Positions 54,818 through 63,589 of a stretch of DNA of 64,000 bases are shown here, in pieces (the stretch's first letter is position 1; the number at the start of each line of letters is the position of its first letter). A program made the translations under genes and the position numbers. Source of the DNA: Klebsiella phage NU-KP11; the sequence record OR644643.1. One strand, given 5' to 3'. A model generated the notes under the pieces. The model saw only the letters and a program-made list of their open reading frames with translations. It made no database searches and was not told the DNA's origin.

Positions 54818-55116
54818 AATTCACAAAGCCCTTTTTCAAATTTTGCAATGGTATCGTACTTGTAACCACGATTCACTATGAAGCATTGAGTTTCACCCAA
54901 TTTATTGATCATGTCAATAGCTCTTTGTTCGTCTTTCTTACCTCTTAATTGTAAGGCAATTCTTACGATCTCTTTTAGTGTTTCGTCGTTGACTTCTTCC
55001 AGTTTAAAGGAATACCCAGCGATTTTAGCAAAAAGCCCCTTGCGAGCTACAAGGGGCATGTTGTCATAGAAAATCACGGTTCCTTTGTCGTTTTTGCGGA
55101 TACTAAATCCCGGCAC
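54814..55116 (-). CDS. hypothetical protein (100 aa)
   Basis: ORF with an ATGA overlap. Confidence 0.45.
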   Translation of the reverse strand: MPGFSIRKNDKGTVIFYDNMPLVARKGLFAKIAGYSFKLEEVNDETLKEIVRIALQLRGKKDEQRAIDMINKLGETQCFIVNRGYKYDTIAKFEKGLCEL

Positions 55117-56536
55117 GGTTCCTAATTTCCTCTAAAGTGTCACGGGCAGTAATCTTTCCGTTGACATAGTATGTGATCATAGCATCTTTCCAGCCTTCCG
55201 GCACTTTCTGTTCCAGAGTATCAATGGTTTTAAAGTTAACACCATCAGTGATAGTCATCAACAACCCTTTTTTACTCTTTTTCCATTCAGCGCCTTTTGG
55301 ACATTTATACACACCAGTCCACACACCGTTAATTTTGATTGCGCACATTTTCATCGCATATTTTTGAGTGTCGCGGGTAACTTCTTGAAGCAATCCGCCG
55401 CCCATACCAAACGCGATGTTTTCAGACGCCCAACGGTTAGACTCCATCCAGTTCAACACCCGATTGATTGTTTCAGGGCCATGAATTTCATCGCCTTGAA
55501 TGATCCTTACTGCTGGGTGTAGTACTTTATACCCTTTTGAGTTCACTGTATAGCCAAAGATACGGCCCAGTTCTTCAAGAGCGTACATGATATTGTCTAC
55601 CATATCACCAGAATCCGGACGAACTACCAGAGTACCGCCCTTAGAAAGAATCGAATCTTTATATTCTGCGATACGGCGAACCGCCGCTTTAAAATCCCAG
55701 GAATCATACACACATGCATACATCCCTTCACCGAAGATCTCAATACTGTTTTTGTACGCAAGGTCTTCGTTTTCTTTGCCGTAAGAAACGGTAGTGGAAT
55801 GTTCGCGAGCAGGAATTGAAATACCAGCCGCCATTTCACCATCATCAAACGCTTTCTGACAATCTTCAAACAGAGAGATAGCCATAATCAGCGCTTCTAC
55901 GGTATCAGTACCGAGGAAGTTATACAGGTGCGCGAGGCCACCAATACCAGCGGATTCAGCAGAAGAGGTTCCACGTGCGCCGAAGTCATGCAAACGGGTA
56001 CGTAACACCATATCAAATGCTTCACCTTCGAGATCGGAGGTTTTCTTGAGATATTTCTTCAACACTTTTTTACATTCACGGGATAGAGTTGCTACGGTTG
56101 AAGGGAACCATACTCCCCTGATCGCCAGGGTTTCTACGTGTCCTGCTAACCACAGCGCATTTTTCCCAGCGTGGAAAGTTGCAACCGGATTTTTAACCGC
56201 TACTGGGGTTCCTTCCGGAATCGCTCTGAATTCAAGAGGGATGTAACCCAGTTCTGCAATTTCTTTCCAACCTTTGTAGTTGAAGATTTCGCGCCCAAAG
56301 TGCATTTTGTACAACCGATTAGCAAAATCCACGTTTTCCATAGTCACCGGACGTGATAGGATTTGCGCAAGGCGGTTACAGCCAGCCGTAACTACTTGAT
56401 CAAATTTACCACCACGAGATTCAATATAAAACAGCGCCTCTTCGGAGCCAGTTGGATATTGCGACCAGTGAGAAACCTTATAGGAATCTACGGAAGTGAT
56501 GATGCTGTTCAGTTCTTCGAAAGTTTTGTTGTTCAT
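55103..56536 (-). CDS. nadV: nicotinamide phosphoribosyltransferase NadV (NAMPT)
   Basis: 477 aa. N-terminal ...TSVDSYKVSHWSQYP, and internal FGARG and GGG motifs typical of the NAMPT family. Its size fits. Confidence 0.8.
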   Translation of the reverse strand: MNNKTFEELNSIITSVDSYKVSHWSQYPTGSEEALFYIESRGGKFDQVVTAGCNRLAQILSRPVTMENVDFANRLYKMHFGREIFNYKGWKEIAELGYIPLEFRAIPEGTPVAVKNPVATFHAGKNALWLAGHVETLAIRGVWFPSTVATLSRECKKVLKKYLKKTSDLEGEAFDMVLRTRLHDFGARGTSSAESAGIGGLAHLYNFLGTDTVEALIMAISLFEDCQKAFDDGEMAAGISIPAREHSTTVSYGKENEDLAYKNSIEIFGEGMYACVYDSWDFKAAVRRIAEYKDSILSKGGTLVVRPDSGDMVDNIMYALEELGRIFGYTVNSKGYKVLHPAVRIIQGDEIHGPETINRVLNWMESNRWASENIAFGMGGGLLQEVTRDTQKYAMKMCAIKINGVWTGVYKCPKGAEWKKSKKGLLMTITDGVNFKTIDTLEQKVPEGWKDAMITYYVNGKITARDTLEEIRNRAGI

Positions 56537-56563
56537 AAACGTACTCCACGTTTTAGGTTTATT

Positions 56564-57013
56564 TTAAAATACCCGATCCAGTCGTTCGGGATGGATTGTA
56601 TTGTGATATTTAGACTTACAATCCTTACTGGTTTTTCTGCCATTCGAACAGAAAACTTTGTGATACGTTGTCTTTGTGTGTTTTTCTTTGCACACAGGGC
56701 AAACAATCACAGAACCTATTTTAGCAGCCTTAGCCACTTCATACAAGTTCTTTACATCAATTTGTCTTTCTTTTGTGATAACCCGACCACGGAATTCAGC
56801 AACAACAGTTTCATCACGTACAGAACCATCACTATACTGAACTTTTTGTTTACTACTTTTTCGTTTGGATCCTGATATTTGAGAGGAACCCGATAAAAGT
56901 TTACGGAGTTCTAAACGGTCTTTATAAGCACCACGATTAACGCAGAAATATTCACCGTCTTCTTCGTCATCAAAATCAGCCCAATCTTCTAAAGCCTCAG
57001 CTTCATCGCTCAT
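56564..57013 (-). CDS. hypothetical protein with acidic N-terminus and C-terminal Cys cluster (149 aa)
   Basis: MSDEAEALEDWADFDDEEDGEY...CPVCKEKH...CSNGRK..C. Confidence 0.45.
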   Translation of the reverse strand: MSDEAEALEDWADFDDEEDGEYFCVNRGAYKDRLELRKLLSGSSQISGSKRKSSKQKVQYSDGSVRDETVVAEFRGRVITKERQIDVKNLYEVAKAAKIGSVIVCPVCKEKHTKTTYHKVFCSNGRKTSKDCKSKYHNTIHPERLDRVF

Positions 57014-57022
57014 AGTGGTTCC

Positions 57023-57283
57023 TTAGAAATAATCTTTGTTGCTCAACAGGTAAACCCGGTTATCGTTGTAGTCAATGTAAGCATCCCACCAACCAGCACA
57101 ATCAACACCATCAACTTCCAACGCCTGGATAAGAACGCTACCCGCTACGTTGTCGTATTCGTATATTGCATGTAATTCATCCAGCATTGCTTCAACATTG
57201 GCCCGTAAGCCTTTGCCGTTGTTAGCAACACCTTTTGCTTCCAGGCAGTATCCAGCATAAGTTGCTTTCATTACGATTTCCAT
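57023..57283 (-). CDS. hypothetical protein (86 aa)
   Basis: ORF. Confidence 0.45.
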   Translation of the reverse strand: MEIVMKATYAGYCLEAKGVANNGKGLRANVEAMLDELHAIYEYDNVAGSVLIQALEVDGVDCAGWWDAYIDYNDNRVYLLSNKDYF

Positions 57284-57360
57284 GATGTTTATCCTTCTGA
57301 GTTAGTGTCTTGTCTACGGGAGTTAGAATACTACTATAACCAACCCCCGTCAACACCTTT

Positions 57361-57867
57361 TTACCAACTAATGTAAAAAGTGAATTCACTTACACGGCGA
57401 TCCGTTTTCCTTTCAGAAAACACTTCACGTTCTTCATGGTTTCGATACGTTTGATTGTACTTACTAGCCAGAGAATTTGTAATCTTAGCGGCGTTGCGTT
57501 TTTCTTCTGTATCGAATTTTAGCCCTTCTTCTTCCAACCATTCAGAAACTCGTTGGAATGCATAGCGAGTACATTCAATACCCAGACAAGAGCCGATATC
57601 ATGCTTCATATCATAGATAAGGTTTTGTTTTGTCGCGTGTTTCAAAACACCTTTTGTGATTGTATCCCGCGCATGTTCGATCATCTTAGCATTCTGATCG
57701 TTGATAATTTCTCTTGCTCGTTCTGCGAGAGTGGGAGATCGGCCTTCTACCGGAGTTTCTCCGTCAGTACCGATACTACGTACATGAATCATATTTTCAC
57801 CTATTGCGTTATTAACAGCCCATCTTTCGTATGTTTCACGAAGTAAGGGCGCATGTTCAATTACCAT
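57361..57867 (-). CDS. hypothetical protein (168 aa)
   Basis: ORF. Confidence 0.45.
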   Translation of the reverse strand: MVIEHAPLLRETYERWAVNNAIGENMIHVRSIGTDGETPVEGRSPTLAERAREIINDQNAKMIEHARDTITKGVLKHATKQNLIYDMKHDIGSCLGIECTRYAFQRVSEWLEEEGLKFDTEEKRNAAKITNSLASKYNQTYRNHEEREVFSERKTDRRVSEFTFYISW

Positions 57868-58514
57868 AAAAAATCCAACGTTGGGGGTTTGATATTGATC
57901 CCTAACGTATCACACACATCGTTCAATACACTTTCTTTGAAGAGATTGAAACATGGAACCCTGTACAACCTAGCCAATCTTACAGCGATCGCGGTTCCAC
58001 CTTTAACACATCCTTCACGTTCTTCCGCCCAAAATAAAACAAAATCAGTTGGATTATCAAGATTTTCACGAAGAACTTGAATCGTGTTTCGCGCATACCT
58101 TCTTTGAACGTATTCATTCTGTGTATCGAAGTTACCTGCTACCTTTCTGGCTTCGTCAGCGGCTTTCTGTGTGTTTAAATCTTGAAAGTCGATGATATCC
58201 TTTCCGTTTGAGAAAAGGCCGTTAAAACCGTTCTCAGGAAGGATTATACACCTGTTATCCGGACTATAGTCAAACAGAAAGTGACTATCCATACCAGGAG
58301 CGCCGCCAGAATAAGCCCTGATCCCGCGTTCGTTCAAAGCACGTCCGATTTTAACAGCAATGTTTGCGATACGTTCAGGAGGTTTACGACTGCCAATTAA
58401 TGTTACTGTCTTGGCAGTTTTAATTACTGTACTAAAATCATTCGACATAAAAATTACCGAACAATTCTTTTGCTTTTTCGTTGTAAACTTCATAAGCCTT
58501 TTCAGGGTTATCAT
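57861..58514 (-). CDS. DprA/Smf-like Rossmann-fold protein (SLOG superfamily)
   Basis: TLIGSRKPP, YSGGAPGMDSHF and GGTAIAVRLA parallel the DprA motifs (AIVGSRK, SGGARGID..AH, SGSLITARLA). The start is either ATG 58514 or 58448. Confidence 0.55.
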   Translation of the reverse strand: MITLKRLMKFTTKKQKNCSVIFMSNDFSTVIKTAKTVTLIGSRKPPERIANIAVKIGRALNERGIRAYSGGAPGMDSHFLFDYSPDNRCIILPENGFNGLFSNGKDIIDFQDLNTQKAADEARKVAGNFDTQNEYVQRRYARNTIQVLRENLDNPTDFVLFWAEEREGCVKGGTAIAVRLARLYRVPCFNLFKESVLNDVCDTLGINIKPPTLDFLW

Positions 58515-58956
58515 ATGAACCTAGAAAAATCTGCTTACCATCAACAACTATTCGCGCTTGATAGTTATTTCTTCTTTTATCAAAAATAACCCCTCTTTTT
58601 CCAGAAGCATTGCTTCGTTTCTTTATCTGCTTTCTTATGTTCTCTTGTTGCGTTGCCTCTTGCAAATTATCTATACCATCACCAAATTCAACACCATTCT
58701 TATGGTCAACAAGAGCGGGAAGATACCCATTAGCAACATAAAAGATGATCCGATGTCTGCGATAATGTTTCTTTTGAAACTTTATAACACAATATCCATC
58801 TTTCATAGTACCAGCGGAATCACCAACCCTCCTACCTTGACGCGGAGAAGACCATACTATATTTCCGGAAGTAACATCAACTGAAACGTGTTGAAGAAGT
58901 TCTCTTATTCCGGCTATTTCATCAGAAATAGTTCTATAGTTTCCGTGACTGTTCAT
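58438..58956 (-). CDS. free-standing HNH homing endonuclease with AP2 DNA-binding domain
   Basis: HNH core HRIIFYVANGYLP..VDHKNG...DNL, and AP2-like SGKRGVIFDKRRNNYQARIVVDGKQIFLGSYDNPEKAYEVYNEKAKE. Confidence 0.75.
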   Translation of the reverse strand: MNSHGNYRTISDEIAGIRELLQHVSVDVTSGNIVWSSPRQGRRVGDSAGTMKDGYCVIKFQKKHYRRHRIIFYVANGYLPALVDHKNGVEFGDGIDNLQEATQQENIRKQIKKRSNASGKRGVIFDKRRNNYQARIVVDGKQIFLGSYDNPEKAYEVYNEKAKELFGNFYVE

Positions 58957-58959
58957 AGT

Positions 58960-59979
58960 TTAAAATTCATGGTTCAGGATTTTGCCCCATACAGGGCGAA
59001 TCATGTTTTGGGCTTCGGTTACAAACAGCTTTTTAGCCATTGCTGGGTCTTCGAACTGTTCGAGGAAAGGCCCGTGATTACGGCTGATTTCTTCGATAGC
59101 ATCCTGAACAGTTAAGCCCATAATGCGACCGAAATCTTTAGCAGTGATCGAAGCCAGATCCAGTTTCGAAAGAACGTTTTTCACACGGTTCTCTGTAAGG
59201 TAACAAACAAACTCATCGAGTTGGTTTTTGTCTTTTTCTGACAGTGAAACCGGAGCATTAAAGCGGGTTGCTTTCTTCGCTTTCTTCTCAGTGAATTTGG
59301 TTGTTTTGCATTTGATTGCAACGCGTTCACCGTTTGGCATAAAAGCAGGTGAAACAGGTTTCATTACAAAACCTTCTGCAATGTTGCCCTCTTCAACGTC
59401 CATGATAGGATATACGAATTCACCATATACTGTGTTATCGCTACCAATGCCGCTATTTGCTTTATTCACAACAGATTCAAACGTGATCGGCAGTTCTTTG
59501 ATCTCTTCAAAAGTACCGTATCCCAACAGCGGGGCCATTTTCAGGCCATGAGATCGAGAGATAAGCGAGCACAGGTTATCCGGAAGGAATTCACCATTTA
59601 CACGGATATCGAATACGTAGAAATCTTTTTCGCCGTAATCAACATCTTTCTGTACACCGCGCCCCGCAAATTCACCGTAGACTTGAATAACCAAATCATC
59701 ATAAGTTCCGGTCTTTTTGAGGGTTTCCCACATCTTACGGATCCCTGGTGAATACTTTGCAACTACTGCTGAACAGCCATAAAAATCTTCGGCTGGCTTC
59801 ACAACATCAGTACGCTTTGCGGGGGTAACGGTAACGCCGTCATCGGTGATAAAACTAAAGTTAGCACCGTGGATCTTTTCACGCGCAACCCACACACCGC
59901 CAGTAAGCCCGTTCATAATTACACCATTGATGAACTTACCTTCATAATGGTTAGTCAGAGAAGAATATTTCTTAAACAT
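58960..59979 (-). CDS. rnlB: RNA ligase 2 (RnlB)
   Basis: 339 aa. MFKKYSSL.NHY..KFI, motif I EKIHGANFS, VYGEFAGRGVQK, DKDFYVFDI, RVAIKCK..KF.EKK and GLTVQD match T4 Rnl2 nearly collinearly. Confidence 0.92.
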   Translation of the reverse strand: MFKKYSSLTNHYEGKFINGVIMNGLTGGVWVAREKIHGANFSFITDDGVTVTPAKRTDVVKPAEDFYGCSAVVAKYSPGIRKMWETLKKTGTYDDLVIQVYGEFAGRGVQKDVDYGEKDFYVFDIRVNGEFLPDNLCSLISRSHGLKMAPLLGYGTFEEIKELPITFESVVNKANSGIGSDNTVYGEFVYPIMDVEEGNIAEGFVMKPVSPAFMPNGERVAIKCKTTKFTEKKAKKATRFNAPVSLSEKDKNQLDEFVCYLTENRVKNVLSKLDLASITAKDFGRIMGLTVQDAIEEISRNHGPFLEQFEDPAMAKKLFVTEAQNMIRPVWGKILNHEF

Positions 59980-59982
59980 AAT

Positions 59983-60507
59983 TTAACCTTTCATTTTCAC
60001 ACGTTTTTCGACTTGATAAAGTGCTTTACGCAGCAACTTCACTTTTACTTCATCCAGAATGACATCACCCTTAACGAATGCATCAAGCTGTGATTTTTCT
60101 GCATTAGCGGCATTGATAACCGCTATTGTATTTTCTTGTGTATATCCCAGACGTGGATTAATACGTTCCATTGTACGGGCATACGGGCTACCTGGTTTAT
60201 TGCTAAACATCTTACCGGAATACTGACAACGTTCAGTTGTCATCAATACTTTCCAATCTTCCAGAGTAAGGTCAAAAGAATGGTTGTTCTTTGCGGCGTG
60301 TTCATGCTTGAGATTATATGAACGCGCAATACGCAGATCCAATTCAATAGCAGACGCACGGCGGCGATGCTCAATGAGTTCGGGGCTAAGGGCCACAATC
60401 TCAGGTTCTTTTGCTTTACGAACCGCTTCTACATCAGGTGCGGCTTGGTTTGGTTTTACGTTTGAAGTAGCAATACTAGCCCAACGATCCATCGCAGATT
60501 TACGCAT
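59983..60507 (-). CDS. hypothetical protein (174 aa), possible degenerate HNH-like C-terminal region
   Basis: CQYSG...ERINPRLGYTQENTIAVINAANAEKS only loosely resembles an HNH core. Confidence 0.35.
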   Translation of the reverse strand: MRKSAMDRWASIATSNVKPNQAAPDVEAVRKAKEPEIVALSPELIEHRRRASAIELDLRIARSYNLKHEHAAKNNHSFDLTLEDWKVLMTTERCQYSGKMFSNKPGSPYARTMERINPRLGYTQENTIAVINAANAEKSQLDAFVKGDVILDEVKVKLLRKALYQVEKRVKMKG

Positions 60508-60896
60508 TAGATAATCCCCGCATCTTGAAACGCCAGCGCCATAGAGGTGTTAAGATGTTCGCGTTTAAACGGGCGAGGTTTCTTTTCTTTCTTCATCGGA
60601 CGTTTAGCACGTTCTAAATTGTACACACGCTTACGATGGATTTCGATCGCTTCGCGGCGCATTGCATTTTTAACAGGGAGATTTGCAGAACGGAACGCGC
60701 GGATACGTTCAATTTCCTGTACTACCTGGTAAATATCGCCGTTATCTAACCCATGTTCACGGGCAATTTCGGCATAACCTTTACGCAAATCATTGAATTT
60801 GAAATGAATTTGCACTTTTTCGGCTTGAGACAGTTCGGAAATGCTACGGTGTACAATTTTCATATTATTTTCCTTTGGTAGAATCGATTTTTGCAA
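60507..60896 (-). CDS. hypothetical basic protein (129 aa)
   Basis: ORF with an ATGA overlap. Confidence 0.45.
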   Translation of the reverse strand: MQKSILPKENNMKIVHRSISELSQAEKVQIHFKFNDLRKGYAEIAREHGLDNGDIYQVVQEIERIRAFRSANLPVKNAMRREAIEIHRKRVYNLERAKRPMKKEKKPRPFKREHLNTSMALAFQDAGII

Positions 60897-61191
60897 CTAC
60901 ATTCAACACGCTATCGTTTCGGCTGTCAACATTTTTTAGAACAAAAGTTACTACCGTATACACTCCAGCGCTCATGTTGAAATTATCAACAAACGGGATC
61001 TGCTGATCATCAAGAGTGTTGACCATTTCTTCCATGTCATTTGGGTGGTCAACGTTGATGAAAATACTTTCCGATACATGATTTTTGTATCGGGTTCCAA
61101 TTCGTTCATCGAGTTTTTTACACATTACATCAACTAACATTTGTTTGTCAATGCCTAAAACACCAGAGTAGACCACATGATATAGTTTCAT
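60865..61191 (-). CDS. hypothetical protein (108 aa)
   Basis: ORF. Confidence 0.45.
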   Translation of the reverse strand: MKLYHVVYSGVLGIDKQMLVDVMCKKLDERIGTRYKNHVSESIFINVDHPNDMEEMVNTLDDQQIPFVDNFNMSAGVYTVVTFVLKNVDSRNDSVLNVVAKIDSTKGK

Positions 61192-61364
61192 ACAATATCC
61201 TCTTCCGATTCATTAACAATTGCAAAGGAAAGGAATGTAAAAGCAACCCCTAACCCAACCATCCAGATAGCCGTTAAATCACCATACATTGATGAATACG
61301 CGCCCATCACTTCTAAGCGATATCCCAGCAAGAAAACGAGATACGCCAACACTTTATCATTCAT
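61188..61364 (-). CDS. small membrane protein (58 aa); not in the supplied ORF track
   Basis: MNDKVLAYLVFLLGYRLEVMGAYSSMYGDLTAIWMVGLGVAFTFLSFAIV... ATGA overlaps with both flanking genes. Confidence 0.45.
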   Translation of the reverse strand: MNDKVLAYLVFLLGYRLEVMGAYSSMYGDLTAIWMVGLGVAFTFLSFAIVNESEEDIV

Positions 61365-61678
61365 AATTCCTCACAAAACGCCCATGCTGCATGGTAAACG
61401 CTCGCGCCTTTGTCTTCGTTCATGCATACAACATCAACCGGACACACAACCCTGTACAGAACAGGATCCCCACCTATAGAACGCGCGGCCCTTCCAGCAT
61501 ATATACGAGCTAACCCGATATCAGCGGTAAAGAAAACACGGTCTAAATTTTTCTTTCTGCCCTTTTCAGACAGAGTATCAGAATCACAGGGAGGCAATAA
61601 CATGCTTTCAATACCAGCAGCAGTACACGAACCGTGATAATAAACAACGTTTTCATTTCTGCAATGTATCGTTTTCAT
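61361..61678 (-). CDS. hypothetical protein (105 aa) with YYHGS motif
   Basis: MKTIHCRNENVVYYHGSCTAAG... An ART-like H-Y-E signature is possible but unproven. Confidence 0.45.
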   Translation of the reverse strand: MKTIHCRNENVVYYHGSCTAAGIESMLLPPCDSDTLSEKGRKKNLDRVFFTADIGLARIYAGRAARSIGGDPVLYRVVCPVDVVCMNEDKGASVYHAAWAFCEEL

Positions 61679-61710
61679 GTATCCTCCCTTAAAAAGATGC
61701 TTACATTATA

Positions 61711-62586
61711 TCAAATGGATAAATCCATGCAAGAAATTTCTCGATCTACATCTTCTTTTGTCTTGTTGACATACGCCAGGTATTCATCGGTATACATTTT
61801 CCGCTTTCTGGCTATTCTTTCAGCAGTCGCACACATTTGAGCTTCTGACGGTTTATAAGGCAACCTTTCTCCAAATCCTTCAACAGTTAGACGAACGAAA
61901 GGAACCGCAGAAGTTATAATGTCATTACCATACGCATAACCATTTTTAGTAAATACGGCTTTGTTGAATCGTTCATGGTGTACGCCTTCAACCTCAACCT
62001 GATCACCATAGTAAGCAATAGTATCAATGCGATGGTTAAGAATGATAGCACCAGATTCAATGATTTTCAGTGCAGCGGCCTTTCCTTGTTCGCGAGCATA
62101 AGCCACGATTTCATAAGAACCGATATCTATAGCGGAACCATGATTACCAACGATGTAAAACATGGAGTTAATTAGGTGCTTAGAGATATATGCATACGTT
62201 TTATACATCTGATACTGTTCATTACGCAGACACATACCCGCTTTGTATTCACGTCGTAACTGCATAAGGTTTTGAATCACTTCATCAATACGCCATCCGT
62301 TAGGGAATTCTGCCTTTTTCTCACGTGCGATATGGATCAACGCGTTTCCATACATCGCGTTAAACGTCATGATCCGGATCCCTTCAACGTAACCATCGAT
62401 AGGGGCTTGCCATGTAATAGGGCTATACTTCGGATCGTGGTCAGGACGCATTTTAGGGGTATGGTGGCGACGGAATCCAACATGAGCCGCAAAACGATCT
62501 TCAATTTCACGGGAGTAATAGTTGTAAGAGTCCATGTCGCGGTCGCGGGAAAATTCTACAATGAAGCGATGTAAATTGATTTTCAT
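61711..62586 (-). CDS. hypothetical protein (291 aa), possible metallophosphoesterase-like (GNH motif)
   Basis: IVGNHGSAID resembles the GNH[DE] motif, but the other calcineurin-like motifs are not evident. Confidence 0.35.
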   Translation of the reverse strand: MKINLHRFIVEFSRDRDMDSYNYYSREIEDRFAAHVGFRRHHTPKMRPDHDPKYSPITWQAPIDGYVEGIRIMTFNAMYGNALIHIAREKKAEFPNGWRIDEVIQNLMQLRREYKAGMCLRNEQYQMYKTYAYISKHLINSMFYIVGNHGSAIDIGSYEIVAYAREQGKAAALKIIESGAIILNHRIDTIAYYGDQVEVEGVHHERFNKAVFTKNGYAYGNDIITSAVPFVRLTVEGFGERLPYKPSEAQMCATAERIARKRKMYTDEYLAYVNKTKEDVDREISCMDLSI

Positions 62587-62700
62587 ATCGTATACCTTAT
62601 GGTTTAAAGTTCTTCCGGCCTATCCGTCGAACACCATAACCATACACCACTGTCAGAAAGCATGTCAATAAATAATAGAAAATAAACTGGAGAATTTTAC

Positions 62701-63540
62701 ATGAAGTCATTTAAACAATTCACAGAAAGCACCTTAACCGAAGCGCTGATCACCTTCGGAGGCCGTGCTTATCCTAAGTTCGGTCAGGTTGTTATTCTGG
62801 CTGGCGGTGCTGGTTCCGGTAAAGGGTTCACACTGGAAAAACTGCTAGGCATCGAAGGTATTACCCTGGACGTTGACGCCCTGAAAAAACTTGTAATGGG
62901 TAGCGATAAACTCGCAGCAGAGATCAAGAAACAAACTGGTCATGATGTCAAAACAATGAACCTCAAAAACCCAGAAAACGTATCTACCCTCCATCATGTG
63001 ATCGCCGACGTTTTCAACATTTCCAACAAAAACCAAAACCGTGTTTATTCCGGTATTATGGCAGCACCAGAAGATCGTAAACCTAACCTCATCTTTGACG
63101 TAACGTTAAAAGGCATGAGCAAGCTGGCAAGCATCGCGCGTGATGTCGAAAAGCTGGGATACAAGAAAGAAAACGTACATATCGTATGGGTTATGAACGA
63201 TGTGCATATTGCTATGCAGCAGAACCAGAAACGTGATCGTGTAGTTCCTAAAGAAATTCTCATGGATACCCACGAAGGCGCGGCCCTTACTATGGCGAAG
63301 ATCCTGAACATGGGTGATTCTCTTAAACAGTATATGGACGGCGACATTTGGATCAGCTTTAACAAAGTTGGTGTTGATAGCGAGATCAAGAAATCAAGTA
63401 ACAAAGGGATGTTTGTTGTTAAGTCAAACTACATCAAAGTTAAAGCCCGTGGTAAACCTCAGAAATCGGTAGCTGAACTGGATAAGGAAATTGTGGCTAA
63501 AGTTGCAGCATACGCACCGAAAACTGATACTTGGGGTTGA
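62701..63540 (+). CDS. P-loop kinase (polynucleotide kinase/dNMP kinase-like)
   Basis: Walker A VVILAGGAGSGKGFT and Walker B-like NLIFDVTL. RBS ctggagaatttt. Confidence 0.55.
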   Translation: MKSFKQFTESTLTEALITFGGRAYPKFGQVVILAGGAGSGKGFTLEKLLGIEGITLDVDALKKLVMGSDKLAAEIKKQTGHDVKTMNLKNPENVSTLHHVIADVFNISNKNQNRVYSGIMAAPEDRKPNLIFDVTLKGMSKLASIARDVEKLGYKKENVHIVWVMNDVHIAMQQNQKRDRVVPKEILMDTHEGAALTMAKILNMGDSLKQYMDGDIWISFNKVGVDSEIKKSSNKGMFVVKSNYIKVKARGKPQKSVAELDKEIVAKVAAYAPKTDTWG

Positions 63541-63589
63541 CATTAATGATTAAACATTATAGTATGCATACACAAACTGAGGAATTGAT

